DNA of 64,000 bases from Nitrospinota bacterium (GTDB lineage: Bacteria > UBA8248). The DNA is taken from NCBI GenBank assembly GCA_046581755.1, contig JAYGFR010000103.1, positions 32,001 through 96,000 of the forward strand, written 5' to 3'. A program made the position numbers and the translations under genes. Positions 1 through 9,606 of the stretch are shown here, one piece after another. The notes under the pieces are model-generated. The model was not told the origin of the DNA. It was given only the letters and a program-made list of their open reading frames with translations, and did not search any database. Within the stretch, counting starts at the first letter, position 1, and each line of letters opens with the position of its first letter.

Positions 1-79
1 CGCCGTTTTCAATCAGGGCCTTTGCCGCGGACCGTCTCTTGACCAGGCGGCTGGCGGTGAGGAAAAAATCGAGACGCAC
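1..79 (-). CDS. S4-domain RNA-binding protein (YabO/Hsp15-like), N-terminal part, runs off the window
   Basis: Not in the ORF track. GTG at 79 reads MRLDFFLTASRLVKRRSAAKALIENG, matching the MRLDxxLxxxRLxKRRxxAK S4 start motif. Confidence 0.8.
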   Translation of the reverse strand, partial: MRLDFFLTASRLVKRRSAAKALIENG

Positions 80-93
80 TCACCACCGCCCGT

Positions 94-1554
94 TTATTTA
101 AATTCCTGGGGATCGGCCACGATGCTCCGAGTCTTTTCCACCTTCACATCGAACTCCAGGCGCACCCTTTTCTCGTCCGTGACCACGCCGATGCGCCCCT
201 TTTTCGGGGCCAGTGAAATCGCCTTGATCAAGTCGGCGAAGCTGACCTTGCCGAGATAGGAATTGGGCAGGAGATAGTTATACTCGTAAAGGAAAATACT
301 CGTCCCCGGATCGGGATTGACGAATTCGTGATGGAGTTTTTCGAGGCCGCCGATTTTCTCGCGGCCCAGGATCATCTCCTCGTCCACCTTGAGGTTGCCC
401 GATTTCCACCTCTCGTCCCGGCGGCTGGAGCCGAAGGTCCAGAACACCTTCTCGCGCCCCAGCAGCTCGACCGACTTGAGCAGCTTGATTTCGATGAGCT
501 TGAAGGAAATTTGCTCCCTGACATCGCGGAACAGCGCCTCGAGGGAGCCCACGCCCCCCTTCCCTTCAGCCTGGGGATCGAAGTGGATCTCCAGGAATGC
601 CGCGCGCTTGAGATCGGCGATCCACTCGCGTCGGCGCTTCGCGCGCTTTTCCTTGAGCAGAAGACCCCGGAGCCTTCCCGAGAGTTTGTCGAGCGTGGTC
701 ACTTTGCCAGGCCGTAATTTTTTCACCAGGAGGATGTGGTAGCCGGCCTGGGTCCGGACCACATCGCTGATCTTGCCCACCGGCATGGAAAAGAGGATTT
801 TTTCGAACTCGGCGAACACCTCGCCTTTTTTGATGAACCCCAGGTCCCCCCCCCGGGAGGCGTTGGGGCCTTCGGATAATTTTCTTGCGGTGGCGGCGAA
901 ATCCTTGCCGTTGGAGAGGGCCAGGCGGCGTGCCTTGTCCGCCTTGGCGCGCCGGGCGGCATCCTCTTTTTGGGAGGCCCCGCGGGCCACGGGAAAGAAA
1001 ATCTGCAGGATTTGCCTCGCCTCTCCCTGGCGAAAGCGGTCGATGTTGGCCTTGTAGTAGCCCGCGATTTCAATATCGCTCACCGATACCCGGGAAAGCA
1101 CCTCCCGCCCTTCGGTCTTGAGGCGGAGAATGTCATTTCGCCTTTCCTCCCAGTAGGCCTTGAGGGAGGTCCCTTGCGAGCGCAGAATTTTGTCGAATTG
1201 TTTCGCCCCGATTTTTTCCCTGTCCAAGATGCTCTGGATACGCCGTTCGAGTTCCTTGTCGGGAACCGTGATTCCGAGTTTTTTCCCCCGCTGGATCACC
1301 AGTTTTTGCTCGATGAGGTTGTTGAGCGCGCTGAGCCTGAACTCGCGCATGCGCCCCTCCAGGCTTTTGGCGCCGAAGCGCCGCTTGTGTCTTTCGATCG
1401 ATTTCTTGACGTACTCCTGGAGTTCGCTCAGCGTGATGATCTCGCTGTTGATCTTCGCCACGATCCGCTCGACCGTGATGGGCTTCGCCCCCGCCCGGGG
1501 GACCCCCAGGAGAAGAGCGAAAACGATAAATCCGCTAACCCGCCGCGCCATCAT
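94..1554 (-). CDS. surA: SurA-family peptidyl-prolyl isomerase/chaperone with a C-terminal extension
   Basis: Signal peptide, SurA N-domain (ERIVAKINSEIITLSEL), parvulin motif (SEGPNASRGGDLGF...VRTQAGYHIL), about 160 extra C-terminal residues. Confidence 0.85.
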   Translation of the reverse strand: MMARRVSGFIVFALLLGVPRAGAKPITVERIVAKINSEIITLSELQEYVKKSIERHKRRFGAKSLEGRMREFRLSALNNLIEQKLVIQRGKKLGITVPDKELERRIQSILDREKIGAKQFDKILRSQGTSLKAYWEERRNDILRLKTEGREVLSRVSVSDIEIAGYYKANIDRFRQGEARQILQIFFPVARGASQKEDAARRAKADKARRLALSNGKDFAATARKLSEGPNASRGGDLGFIKKGEVFAEFEKILFSMPVGKISDVVRTQAGYHILLVKKLRPGKVTTLDKLSGRLRGLLLKEKRAKRRREWIADLKRAAFLEIHFDPQAEGKGGVGSLEALFRDVREQISFKLIEIKLLKSVELLGREKVFWTFGSSRRDERWKSGNLKVDEEMILGREKIGGLEKLHHEFVNPDPGTSIFLYEYNYLLPNSYLGKVSFADLIKAISLAPKKGRIGVVTDEKRVRLEFDVKVEKTRSIVADPQEFK

Positions 1555-2512
1555 TTAAATTTCTCCAGTAATACCGAATCTCGGCTTTTTGCTTCAGGCC
1601 GGCAATCCATTTTTTCAGCATCGCACGGCCCCTTTCGGTCAACAAGCGGGCGTAGATTTTCTTCCGGACGGCCCGAAACGGCTGGATTCCCGCCGAGCGC
1701 CTTTCGGTCACCTGGAACAGATGGAAGCCCGACGAGGTTTGCACCACGGGACTGACTTCCTCTCCCTTGAGGCTATGGACCACTTTCTGAACCTTATCGG
1801 GAAGCTCATCCGAGGAGAAAAGGCCCATATCCCCACCCCGGCTCCTATCGGCCCCTATCGAGGCCTGGCGCGCGAGGAGCGCAAAGGAAACCCCGGCGAC
1901 GACCCGGTCGCGGAGTTGCCTGGCTGCCTCCTCCGAGCGGACCACAATCTGGCGCACCCGCCAGCGCCTGCCCACCCGGAACGTCCCACGGTTATCATCG
2001 TAATATGCGCGAATATCGGCTTTGGAAAGTTCGATTTTGGAATACACCTCTCTTTCCAAAACCTGTTCAATTTCAAAGGTTTCCCAGAGGGATTTTCTCC
2101 ACCGGCTCATTTCGATCTTCTCCTCGCGGAGCGCTTTTTCCAGTTCCTCCCTGGAGCCGTACTGGCGGGACACCATCTGAATGAGAGCTTGAACCCGCGC
2201 CTCTTCGACAAACTCGCCGGTTTGGCGGGAGTGCTGGAGAATGAGCCGGCGCTCGACCAATTCCTCTACAAGCGCCCGAACCAGGGGGCCGTCCTTTTTG
2301 GAGGCCGCGCCGGCCCTTCCCCTGGCCAACAGGAGGCCCTTGACATCCTTCATCCTGATCGAAGAATCGTTCACCACGGCGATGACCGGACCCGGGCCGC
2401 CTTTTTGGGCCGGCGCTTGGCCCGAATCGCAGCCGGCGGCAATGATGATAACGATAGACGCCACGGCGCACCGCGCCAAATGGGTGCCTCTCCCGATTCC
2501 GCCGCGAATCAT
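1535..2512 (-). CDS. Parvulin-type PPIase lipoprotein (SurA/PrsA-like)
   Basis: Lipobox-like IIIAAGC, VIAVVND, parvulin motif (GGDMGLF...VQTSSGFHL). Lies directly downstream of mfd. Confidence 0.85.
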   Translation of the reverse strand: MIRGGIGRGTHLARCAVASIVIIIAAGCDSGQAPAQKGGPGPVIAVVNDSSIRMKDVKGLLLARGRAGAASKKDGPLVRALVEELVERRLILQHSRQTGEFVEEARVQALIQMVSRQYGSREELEKALREEKIEMSRWRKSLWETFEIEQVLEREVYSKIELSKADIRAYYDDNRGTFRVGRRWRVRQIVVRSEEAARQLRDRVVAGVSFALLARQASIGADRSRGGDMGLFSSDELPDKVQKVVHSLKGEEVSPVVQTSSGFHLFQVTERRSAGIQPFRAVRKKIYARLLTERGRAMLKKWIAGLKQKAEIRYYWRNLNDGAAG

Positions 2513-5500
2513 TCCGCCTCATCTCCTCCCGGCGCGGAAGCCGCCGCCGGCTCGCCCGCAAGGCTCCCGGCCTCCCCGTCTTCGGTCTCTATCCCGCTAT
2601 CCATCGCACAGGCCTCGAAGGTTTCGAGGACTTCCATCAGCCGATCGAAATCCGCCTCCCAGTTCCCCTGGATGGCGAGCTGAAAACTGTGGCTGCCGGT
2701 AAACACCATACCCGGTGTGGCCATGAAAACGGCCGACAATTCATAGTCGCCCGGGAAGGCTTTGAGGAACGCCTGTTTCCCTCTCATATGGAAGGTCTTC
2801 AACCCGCAGCGGCGGCAGCGAATCCGGAGCTCTCCCAGCTGAAGGAGGCGCATCGCCCGGAGCGGCACCGGGCCGAAGCGGTCCGACAGTTCCTGCCCGA
2901 TCTCCCGAATCTCCCCGGGCGTGGCGGCCGCGGCGATCCGCCTGTAGATTTCCAGGCGCTCGGCCTGGGCGGGCACCCATACCGGCGGCACCGAACCCGC
3001 CACGGGCACGGTCACATCGGGTTCGCGGAAATCGACCGACCGGCCCCGGGTCTCCTGAAGCACCTCCTCGAGCAGGCGGCAATACATCTCGAAGCCCACC
3101 GCCGATATTTTCCCCGTCTGACGGTGGCCCAGGAGATGGCCCGCCCCGCGAATCTCCAGATCGCGCGCCGCCAGTTTGAACCCCGCGCCGAGTTCGCTCA
3201 ACTCCTCGATCGCTTGGAGGCGCTCGCGGGCATCGTGGGTGAGGGCCTCCCTCCCCGGCACGAGAAGATAGGCATGCGCCTGGAACCGGTCGCGGCCCAC
3301 GCGCCCTCTGAGCTGGTAGAGCTGGGCCATGCCGAAGGTATCGGCGCGGCTGATGAGAATGGTGTTCACGGTGGGGATATCGAGGCCGCTTTCGATGATG
3401 GCCGTGCACAGGAGCACGTCGGCCTTCCTCGAAACGAATTTCTCCATCACGTCCTCCAGCTGCCTCTCTTTCATCTGCCCATGGGCGACGAGAAGCCGCG
3501 CCTCCGGAACCGCGCCCTCGATGAAGCGCGCCATCGCTGGAAGGCTTTGGACCCGGTTATGGACGAAAAACACCTGGCCGCCCCGATCCATCTCCCGGCG
3601 AATGGCCTGGGCGATGACTTTTTTCGAAAATGACGAGATATAGGTGCGCGGGGCCAGGCGGTGGCGCGGGGGAGTCTCGATGGTGCTCAGGTCGCGGGCG
3701 CCCGAAAGGGCCAGCTGGAGCGTGCGCGGAATAGGCGTCGCCGTCAGCGTGAGCACGTCCACGTTGACCCGCATTTTCTTGAATTTTTCCTTGTGCACCA
3801 CGCCGAAGCGGTGCTCCTCATCGACGATCAGCAGTCCCAGGTCCTTGAAGGCGATGTCCTTTTGAAGAAGGCGGTGGGTTCCGATCACGATATCCACCTG
3901 GCCCGAGGCCAGTTCGCGGACCACCTCGGTCTGCTCCTTTTTGGTGCGGAACCGGGAAAGCATCTCGATCCGGACCGGGAGGGATTCGAACCGGGCGTTG
4001 AAGGTCTGCCAATGCTGATGCGCCAGGAGGGTGGTCGGAACCACAAGGGCGACCTGCCGGCCCGACGAGACGGCGCGGGCCGCCGCCCGGAGTGCCACCT
4101 CGGTCTTCCCGTAGCCCACGTCGCCGCACACCAGGCGATCCATCGGCTGGGGCTTTTCCATGTCGGCCAGGACATCGCGAATGGCCCGCTCCTGATCCTT
4201 GGTCTCCTCGAATTCGAATCCCGCCGCCACCTCGGTGTCCCATCCCCCCTCGGCCGGGAACGACATGCCTTCCACGACGCTCCGATCCGAGTAGAGGCGG
4301 ACCAGGTCTCGCGCGATGGACTGGAGGGCTTTTTTCACCCCCCGCTTGCTCTTCGCCCATCGCGTGCCGCCCAGCCTGTCCAGCGGGGGGGCCTGCCCGG
4401 TCCCCCGGTAGATATGGACCCGGTCGATGTCGTCCATCGGGACATAAAGCTTATCGCCGCCGGCATAGGCGATGTGGAGGAACTCATCCTCCCCCTCGGC
4501 GTGTTCGAGCGTCCGCGCGCCCAGATAGCGGCCCACGCCATGATCGATGTGGACGATGTAATCGTCCACCTTCAAATCCTGGAACCCTTCGGCCTTGCGC
4601 CCCTTGGCGGCGCCGTTGCGCGCCCGCCCCAGGGAGCCGGACAGGATGTCGTCAACCCGGAAAAATACCAGCTTCTCGTCCGGGAAGCGGACGCTGGCGC
4701 TCAGCCGCCCCTCGGCGATGACCAATTTTTCGCCCGCCCGGGCCAAATTCGATTCGGCGGGCAAAATCGAAAGGCCGAATCCGCGATCCTTCAGGATCGC
4801 CTGCACGCGCAGCGCCTGCGTCTTGTCCGCCGCGACGATGACCGTGCGCTCCGCGCCGGCGATCCAGCCCTCCAGGCGCTCCACGAAATCTCCGATTCGC
4901 CCCCGGAAGGGCGCCAGCCGCTCGGCGGCCAGGGTAAGGCCCCCATCCTCCCGGCCCTCCTCCGGAGCCGGCAGGTCATCGAGGCCCAGCGGATCGAATT
5001 CGATCAGGGGCCAGAGGGAGAGCGACTCCTCCACCGCCTCGGGCCGGAGCCACATCCGATCCGGATCGAAATGGATGAGACCGCGCTCGGCGGCAAGGGC
5101 AGCTTCCTCCTCCACGTCCGCCCACAACCGCTCCGTGGCCGGGCCGATAGAGCCGGGCTCATGGATCAGCCATATGGCATCCCCCGGCACGGCATCGAAG
5201 AGGGTCCCCATCTCGGGCAGGAAAAAGGAGGCCAAACCCTCTATGCCGGAAAACTGGCCCTCCGCCTCGAGGAGATCGAGCAGGCGCTCCACCCGGCGGG
5301 CCGGTTCGCCTTCCCCCCCCGCCCCCTCCCGGAGGGCGGCCGCCCCCCGCTCTTTGTCCTCGCCGGAAAGAACGAGTTCCCGGGCCGGAAACACCCGTAT
5401 TTCGGGCCGGGTGAGCAGGGTCCGCTGCGTCTGGGGGTGGAACTCACGGAGCGCATCGATCTCATCGCCCTTGAAATCCAGGCGGATGGGGCGCTTTTCC

Positions 5501-6048
5501 TGCGGGGTGAAGAAATCGACGATGCCCCCCCGCACGGCGTATTCGCCCGGCGACTCGACAATCGAGCGCCGGGTATACATCAGCGACTCCAGGCAGCCCA
5601 GGAGGCGATCGCGGTCGATCTCCTCTCCCTCGCGCAGGGTGAAGGCGCCCTCGCGGAGCCGCGCCGGGGGCGGCATCCGGCCGCACAGCGCCTCGGGGGT
5701 GGTGAGAACGATTCCGGCGCCGCCGGAAATCAGGAAATCCAGGGCGGCCATCCGCTCACCCATCATCTCGCTCGAAGGAGAAATCCGTGCGTATGGGTAA
5801 ACGTCCCAGGCCGGAAAGGAGTAAAGGGCGGGGCGCTCGTGTGCACTCGCGTAGCCGAGAAAGAAGCGGAGGTTCGCCTCGATCTGGCTGAGTCGCCTCG
5901 GATCGGCCTCGACGAACACGGCCGGCCTTCGAACCTCGCGGACGAGATTCGAAAGCCACCAGGCGAGGGAGGCTTCATTCGATCCGCGCAGGCGGACCCG
6001 CTGGTTCGCATCGATTCGATCGGCTAGGGAGAGGATCGGGTTCGTCAT
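2509..6048 (-). CDS. mfd: Transcription-repair coupling factor
   Basis: 1179 aa. UvrB-like N-terminus, RID ([10 protein letters not shown]), [37 protein letters not shown] motif. Confidence 0.98.
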   Translation of the reverse strand: MTNPILSLADRIDANQRVRLRGSNEASLAWWLSNLVREVRRPAVFVEADPRRLSQIEANLRFFLGYASAHERPALYSFPAWDVYPYARISPSSEMMGERMAALDFLISGGAGIVLTTPEALCGRMPPPARLREGAFTLREGEEIDRDRLLGCLESLMYTRRSIVESPGEYAVRGGIVDFFTPQEKRPIRLDFKGDEIDALREFHPQTQRTLLTRPEIRVFPARELVLSGEDKERGAAALREGAGGEGEPARRVERLLDLLEAEGQFSGIEGLASFFLPEMGTLFDAVPGDAIWLIHEPGSIGPATERLWADVEEEAALAAERGLIHFDPDRMWLRPEAVEESLSLWPLIEFDPLGLDDLPAPEEGREDGGLTLAAERLAPFRGRIGDFVERLEGWIAGAERTVIVAADKTQALRVQAILKDRGFGLSILPAESNLARAGEKLVIAEGRLSASVRFPDEKLVFFRVDDILSGSLGRARNGAAKGRKAEGFQDLKVDDYIVHIDHGVGRYLGARTLEHAEGEDEFLHIAYAGGDKLYVPMDDIDRVHIYRGTGQAPPLDRLGGTRWAKSKRGVKKALQSIARDLVRLYSDRSVVEGMSFPAEGGWDTEVAAGFEFEETKDQERAIRDVLADMEKPQPMDRLVCGDVGYGKTEVALRAAARAVSSGRQVALVVPTTLLAHQHWQTFNARFESLPVRIEMLSRFRTKKEQTEVVRELASGQVDIVIGTHRLLQKDIAFKDLGLLIVDEEHRFGVVHKEKFKKMRVNVDVLTLTATPIPRTLQLALSGARDLSTIETPPRHRLAPRTYISSFSKKVIAQAIRREMDRGGQVFFVHNRVQSLPAMARFIEGAVPEARLLVAHGQMKERQLEDVMEKFVSRKADVLLCTAIIESGLDIPTVNTILISRADTFGMAQLYQLRGRVGRDRFQAHAYLLVPGREALTHDARERLQAIEELSELGAGFKLAARDLEIRGAGHLLGHRQTGKISAVGFEMYCRLLEEVLQETRGRSVDFREPDVTVPVAGSVPPVWVPAQAERLEIYRRIAAAATPGEIREIGQELSDRFGPVPLRAMRLLQLGELRIRCRRCGLKTFHMRGKQAFLKAFPGDYELSAVFMATPGMVFTGSHSFQLAIQGNWEADFDRLMEVLETFEACAMDSGIETEDGEAGSLAGEPAAASAPGGDEAE

Positions 6049-6121
6049 GTTCCGGGATAAAACTAAAAATGAAATCGATTAATCGGAAATTTTAATCCAG
6101 GCCTCGTCCGAGGCCCGGAAA

Positions 6122-7213
6122 CTACTCTACCGTTCTCAGGGAGGAGGCCTGTTGAAGTTCGATCATCTTTCTTGTGATGACGAACTCGCGCAAGACGTTC
6201 GAAGCCGTTTGCGGAAGAGCGACCGCCGTATCGTTTAGAAAAATTTTTGTCCCGGCGAGGTTGCCCACTGTCAGGACAAACTTGCCGCGCCCCCGCCAGG
6301 TCTTCTGGCTTCCCCCGGCGAGCAGGATCTCGAAGGATTCCTTCGAATCCACCTGGATGCGAAGCCAGGTATCCTCCACCGCCTTGATCGTAAGGCCCAA
6401 CAGCGCCTCTGTTTTCGGCCGAACCGCCGGGGTCTCCACCTTCCCAGGGAGGGACGCCGTGCGGAGGCCGAGGGCGCTGGGGGATGATTTTATATTCGAT
6501 GATTTCAATGACTTGACAGGAACAGGCAGATTCGGTGCGACCCGGGTGGAACGGGGCCCGGCGGGCTTGGCGCTCCCACTCACTTTCGTTGCCCCGGGAA
6601 ATTTCCGGGCGTTCGGTTTTCCGCCGATGCCACCTCTCTGGGAGGAAATTTTGGGCGCCGCCGCCGTTCGGCCGGCGCCCGCGCCAGCCTTCGTGGAACG
6701 GCCTTTCGATGAGCCGTTCAATTTTCTCAATTCCTTGATGGCGGGCTGAGCGACCGCCTTGATCCGATCGGTGAACCCGCCCAGCTTTCCGAATTGCGCG
6801 GTCTTGCCTTTGACGAACCACAAAAAAGCGCCGCTCCCGAGAATGAACAAAACCACCACGGCGATCGGAAGAAGCAGCTTGCTTCGTTTCGGAAAAGCAA
6901 CGGGAGAGAACCGGATCTTTACCGCAAGCTTGTCGTCGATGTCATCGGAGCGGACGCCAACGGTATTGTTGTAATACTGAACAACGTGATCCGCATCCAC
7001 GCCGATATGGGTGGCATAGGCACGAATGAAGCCGCGGCAAATCGGAACGCCGGGGAGGTCCCCGAACTCCTCGGCTTCAATCTTCTCGATATAGAAGGTT
7101 CGCACACGCGTACTGCTGGCAACATCCGCAATGGAAGTTCCCCGCTCTTCGCGCTCGCGCCTCAGGTAGGCGCCGAGGCCCGCATCTTCGATTGACAAAT
7201 TCCACTCCGCCAT
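6122..7213 (-). CDS. rodZ: RodZ-like cytoskeleton protein (HTH, TM segment, DUF4115-type C-terminus)
   Basis: LGAYLRREREERG...RGFIRAYA HTH, a single TM helix, and C-terminal EDTWLRIQVD...LTVGNLAG. Confidence 0.85.
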   Translation of the reverse strand: MAEWNLSIEDAGLGAYLRREREERGTSIADVASSTRVRTFYIEKIEAEEFGDLPGVPICRGFIRAYATHIGVDADHVVQYYNNTVGVRSDDIDDKLAVKIRFSPVAFPKRSKLLLPIAVVVLFILGSGAFLWFVKGKTAQFGKLGGFTDRIKAVAQPAIKELRKLNGSSKGRSTKAGAGAGRTAAAPKISSQRGGIGGKPNARKFPGATKVSGSAKPAGPRSTRVAPNLPVPVKSLKSSNIKSSPSALGLRTASLPGKVETPAVRPKTEALLGLTIKAVEDTWLRIQVDSKESFEILLAGGSQKTWRGRGKFVLTVGNLAGTKIFLNDTAVALPQTASNVLREFVITRKMIELQQASSLRTVE

Positions 7214-7276
7214 CGCCCATCCACCCGCCCCTGCTCGGGCAAGGATAATAAAAAAAAGCTAAACATAAGAAAAACA

Positions 7277-7305
7277 AATATATAGGTATTCAAAGCAATG
7301 GTCAA
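7277..7305 (-). promoter_or_regulatory. sigma70-like promoter for rodZ-like gene
   Basis: TTGACC-N17-TATATT on the minus strand in an AT-rich intergenic stretch. Confidence 0.55.
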
Positions 7306-7374
7306 CGTTTAAATGATCCGTGGAATACCTTTTTTTTATGGGGCAAAACAGGGGGGATTCGCTTCTGCGGGCCT

Positions 7375-8265
7375 CTAACAGAGCATGAATTCTCGTAACA
7401 GAGTGTGAATTCCCGGCGAAACGTCCAGGATGCCGGGGGATTCCCCGGTGGTGGGCCATTTTGATAACCCTTTACCCCACAACAAGATAGGGACTTTATT
7501 GGTTGTGTGGGATGAAATGCTCATATCCTCGATATTGCCGTGGTCGCTGCTGAGGACAAATGTGTCCCGGGCCGGGTCGAGTTCCGCCACGGCGGCACCC
7601 AGGAAGCGGTTCAGCGGCCCGAGAACCTCCAGCGCATCCTCGAATGTCCCTCGGTGACCGGCTATATCTGTCTGAAAAAACTCATATACGAGCAAATCGC
7701 GCGCCCTGGTCATCCGGCCGAGCCGGGCGCCCGCCTCCTCGGGCGAGATTTCCTCGATCTCCAGGCCGGATTCAATGAGGTAACGGTTGGTGAATTCCCG
7801 GTAGACGGCCTCGCCGCGCCGAAGGTGTTCCAGGCGCTTGAGCGGAATCCCCGAGCTCTCGGCCATCACGGTCGTCACCGAGCGGTGGCGGGTTCTCCCG
7901 CGTGAAAAAAAGGCGGGCGTGTAGGCGTTGGCGAAATCCACGTGCGCTCCCCGCTCGCGGGCTTTTCGAAGCAGGCCATCGCGCGCGATGAGCTCCCGGA
8001 GCGCGGCGTTCGGATAGCCCTGCAGGTGGTCCCCCACCAGCGCCGGGGCGTTCCGGCCCGTAAAGAGGGAAGCGCCTCCGGTCGCGCTCTGCGGAGTGCC
8101 GGGCACACCGAGACAGGCATCGGCGGAGATCAGACCAAAGCCCGCCGGGAGGGGGGCGTTTCCGCCGAGGCCGGAGAGCGGCCCCTCATCGAGCGCGGCG
8201 AGCGGGTTGTGCGGCCCCGGGGGGGCGAGCCCCATCCCATCGACGAAAACGAAAAGGATCGCCAA
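7375..8265 (-). CDS. Metalloenzyme-domain protein (alkaline phosphatase superfamily, phosphoglycerate mutase/phosphopentomutase-like)
   Basis: FVDGMG, PQSATG (phospho-Ser site), TDIAGH, SSDHGNIED, HTTN metal ligands. Confidence 0.75.
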   Translation of the reverse strand: MAILFVFVDGMGLAPPGPHNPLAALDEGPLSGLGGNAPLPAGFGLISADACLGVPGTPQSATGGASLFTGRNAPALVGDHLQGYPNAALRELIARDGLLRKARERGAHVDFANAYTPAFFSRGRTRHRSVTTVMAESSGIPLKRLEHLRRGEAVYREFTNRYLIESGLEIEEISPEEAGARLGRMTRARDLLVYEFFQTDIAGHRGTFEDALEVLGPLNRFLGAAVAELDPARDTFVLSSDHGNIEDMSISSHTTNKVPILLWGKGLSKWPTTGESPGILDVSPGIHTLLREFMLC

Positions 8266-8266
8266 C

Positions 8267-9283
8267 TTAGAGCGTTCGGCCCGCGGCCTTCGCGAAGGGA
8301 GCGAGGTCTTTCATAAGCTGCGCGAAATTCTTGGGCTTGAGCGACTGGGGCCCATCCGACATGGCGGAGGCGGGGTCGGGATGAATCTCGATCATGAGCC
8401 CGTCCGCGCCCACGGCGACGGCGGCCTTCGACAGAGCAGGCACGAACCGCCAGACCCCCGCGGCGTGGCTCGGGTCCACCATCACCGGAAGATGGGTCTG
8501 CTCCTTCAATACGGGCACCGCGCTGATGTCGAGCGTATTGCGCAGCGCCGTCTCGAAGGTCCGGATGCCCCGTTCGCAGAGGATCACGTTGGGATTCCCC
8601 TGGCTCATGACGTATTCGGCCGACATGAGATATTCCTCGATCGTGGTGGAAAGGCCGCGCTTGAGGAAAATCGCTTTTTTCAGCTTCCCCACCTTTTTCA
8701 GCAGGGAAAAATTTTGCACGTTCCGCGCCCCGATCTGGAGAATGTCGGCATAGTCCGCGACCAGGTCGATATCCTCGGTGTCCATCACCTCGGTCTGGAT
8801 GGGCAGGCTGGTCCGGTCGCGCGCCTCGGCCAGGAGCTTGAGCCCCTCCTCGGCCATTCCCTGAAAACTGTAGGGAGAGGTCCGGGGCTTGAAGGCGCCA
8901 CCCCGGAGCACATGCCCGCCGCCGGCCTTGACCGCATCGGCCGAGGCGAAAATCTGCTCCCGGCTCTCGACCGAACAAGGCCCCGCCACGACGACGAGTT
9001 GGGGGCCGCCGAACTTGACGCCGTTCACGTCTACCACAGTGCGCTCGGGGCGCCCCTCGTTGCTCGCCAGTTGATAGGGCTTCAAAACGGGCATGACGTT
9101 CTCCACGCCCGCCAGCACCCTCAGCGCCTCCTCCATGTTCTTGCCCCGCTCATCGCCCAGGGCGGCGATCACGGTGCGCTCGACCCCGCGCATGACGTGC
9201 TCGGTGCAGCCCAGCTCCTTGACCCGTTTGATGGCCCCCTCGATTTCTTTCTCGGTGGCCCTTTCTTTCATTACGACAATCAT
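8267..9283 (-). CDS. aroF: 3-deoxy-7-phosphoheptulonate (DAHP) synthase, type I-beta with N-terminal ACT-like domain
   Basis: MIVVMK N-domain, [52 protein letters not shown]. Confidence 0.96.
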   Translation of the reverse strand: MIVVMKERATEKEIEGAIKRVKELGCTEHVMRGVERTVIAALGDERGKNMEEALRVLAGVENVMPVLKPYQLASNEGRPERTVVDVNGVKFGGPQLVVVAGPCSVESREQIFASADAVKAGGGHVLRGGAFKPRTSPYSFQGMAEEGLKLLAEARDRTSLPIQTEVMDTEDIDLVADYADILQIGARNVQNFSLLKKVGKLKKAIFLKRGLSTTIEEYLMSAEYVMSQGNPNVILCERGIRTFETALRNTLDISAVPVLKEQTHLPVMVDPSHAAGVWRFVPALSKAAVAVGADGLMIEIHPDPASAMSDGPQSLKPKNFAQLMKDLAPFAKAAGRTL

Positions 9284-9315
9284 CGTCTTCTCTCCTTGCG
9301 ATGAGATTTGAGATC

Positions 9316-9347
9316 AAAAAAAATCGCCACGGGCCGGGCCCCGTGGC
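9316..9347 (-). terminator. Intrinsic terminator in the aroF 5' leader (attenuator terminator)
   Basis: Minus strand GCCACGGG-gcccgg-CCCGTGGC followed by GA-T8, about 30 nt upstream of the aroF start. Confidence 0.85.
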
Positions 9348-9410
9348 TGATTGAATAATTTGCGTCGCCGGGGCGGATCGGCATGTCCCCCCGCCGCCGC
9401 CCGGGGTGGA

Positions 9411-9500
9411 TCAACCGGAGCCGGCGCGCGGGCGGACGGGGGTAAAGCCGAAATAGAATCGCCCCCTCCACCATCCAGCCTGAACCGGCATCTCGCGCAT
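9411..9500 (-). CDS. Aromatic-rich leader peptide of the aroF attenuator (MREMPVQAGWWRGRFYFGFTPVRPRAGSG)
   Basis: 29-codon ORF (alternative ATG at 9491) preceded by GAAGGG. Contains TGG TGG and TTC TAT TTC GGC TTT. Lies between a promoter and a terminator. Confidence 0.8.
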   Translation of the reverse strand: MREMPVQAGWWRGRFYFGFTPVRPRAGSG

Positions 9501-9540
9501 GACCCAAAACCCCTTCAAAAACCGTCCGAAACGAGGCTGA

Positions 9541-9569
9541 AACCTACCTCCGCCCGCCCCGCCCGTCAA
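9541..9569 (-). promoter_or_regulatory. sigma70-like promoter of the leader-aroF transcript
   Basis: TTGACG-N17-TAGGTT on the minus strand, about 40 nt before the leader ATG. Confidence 0.65.
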
Positions 9570-9606
9570 GCCGGGAAGCGGGCCAGGGACCCGCTCCGGA
9601 CCCTTA

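Noticed and set aside
3661..6027. Very long antisense or alternate-frame ORFs (e.g. 3661-6027 +, 13232-16147 -, 49031-51589 -, 52846-55845 -)
   Set aside because: Shadow ORFs expected from high GC3 opposite well-supported genes, with no recognisable motifs.
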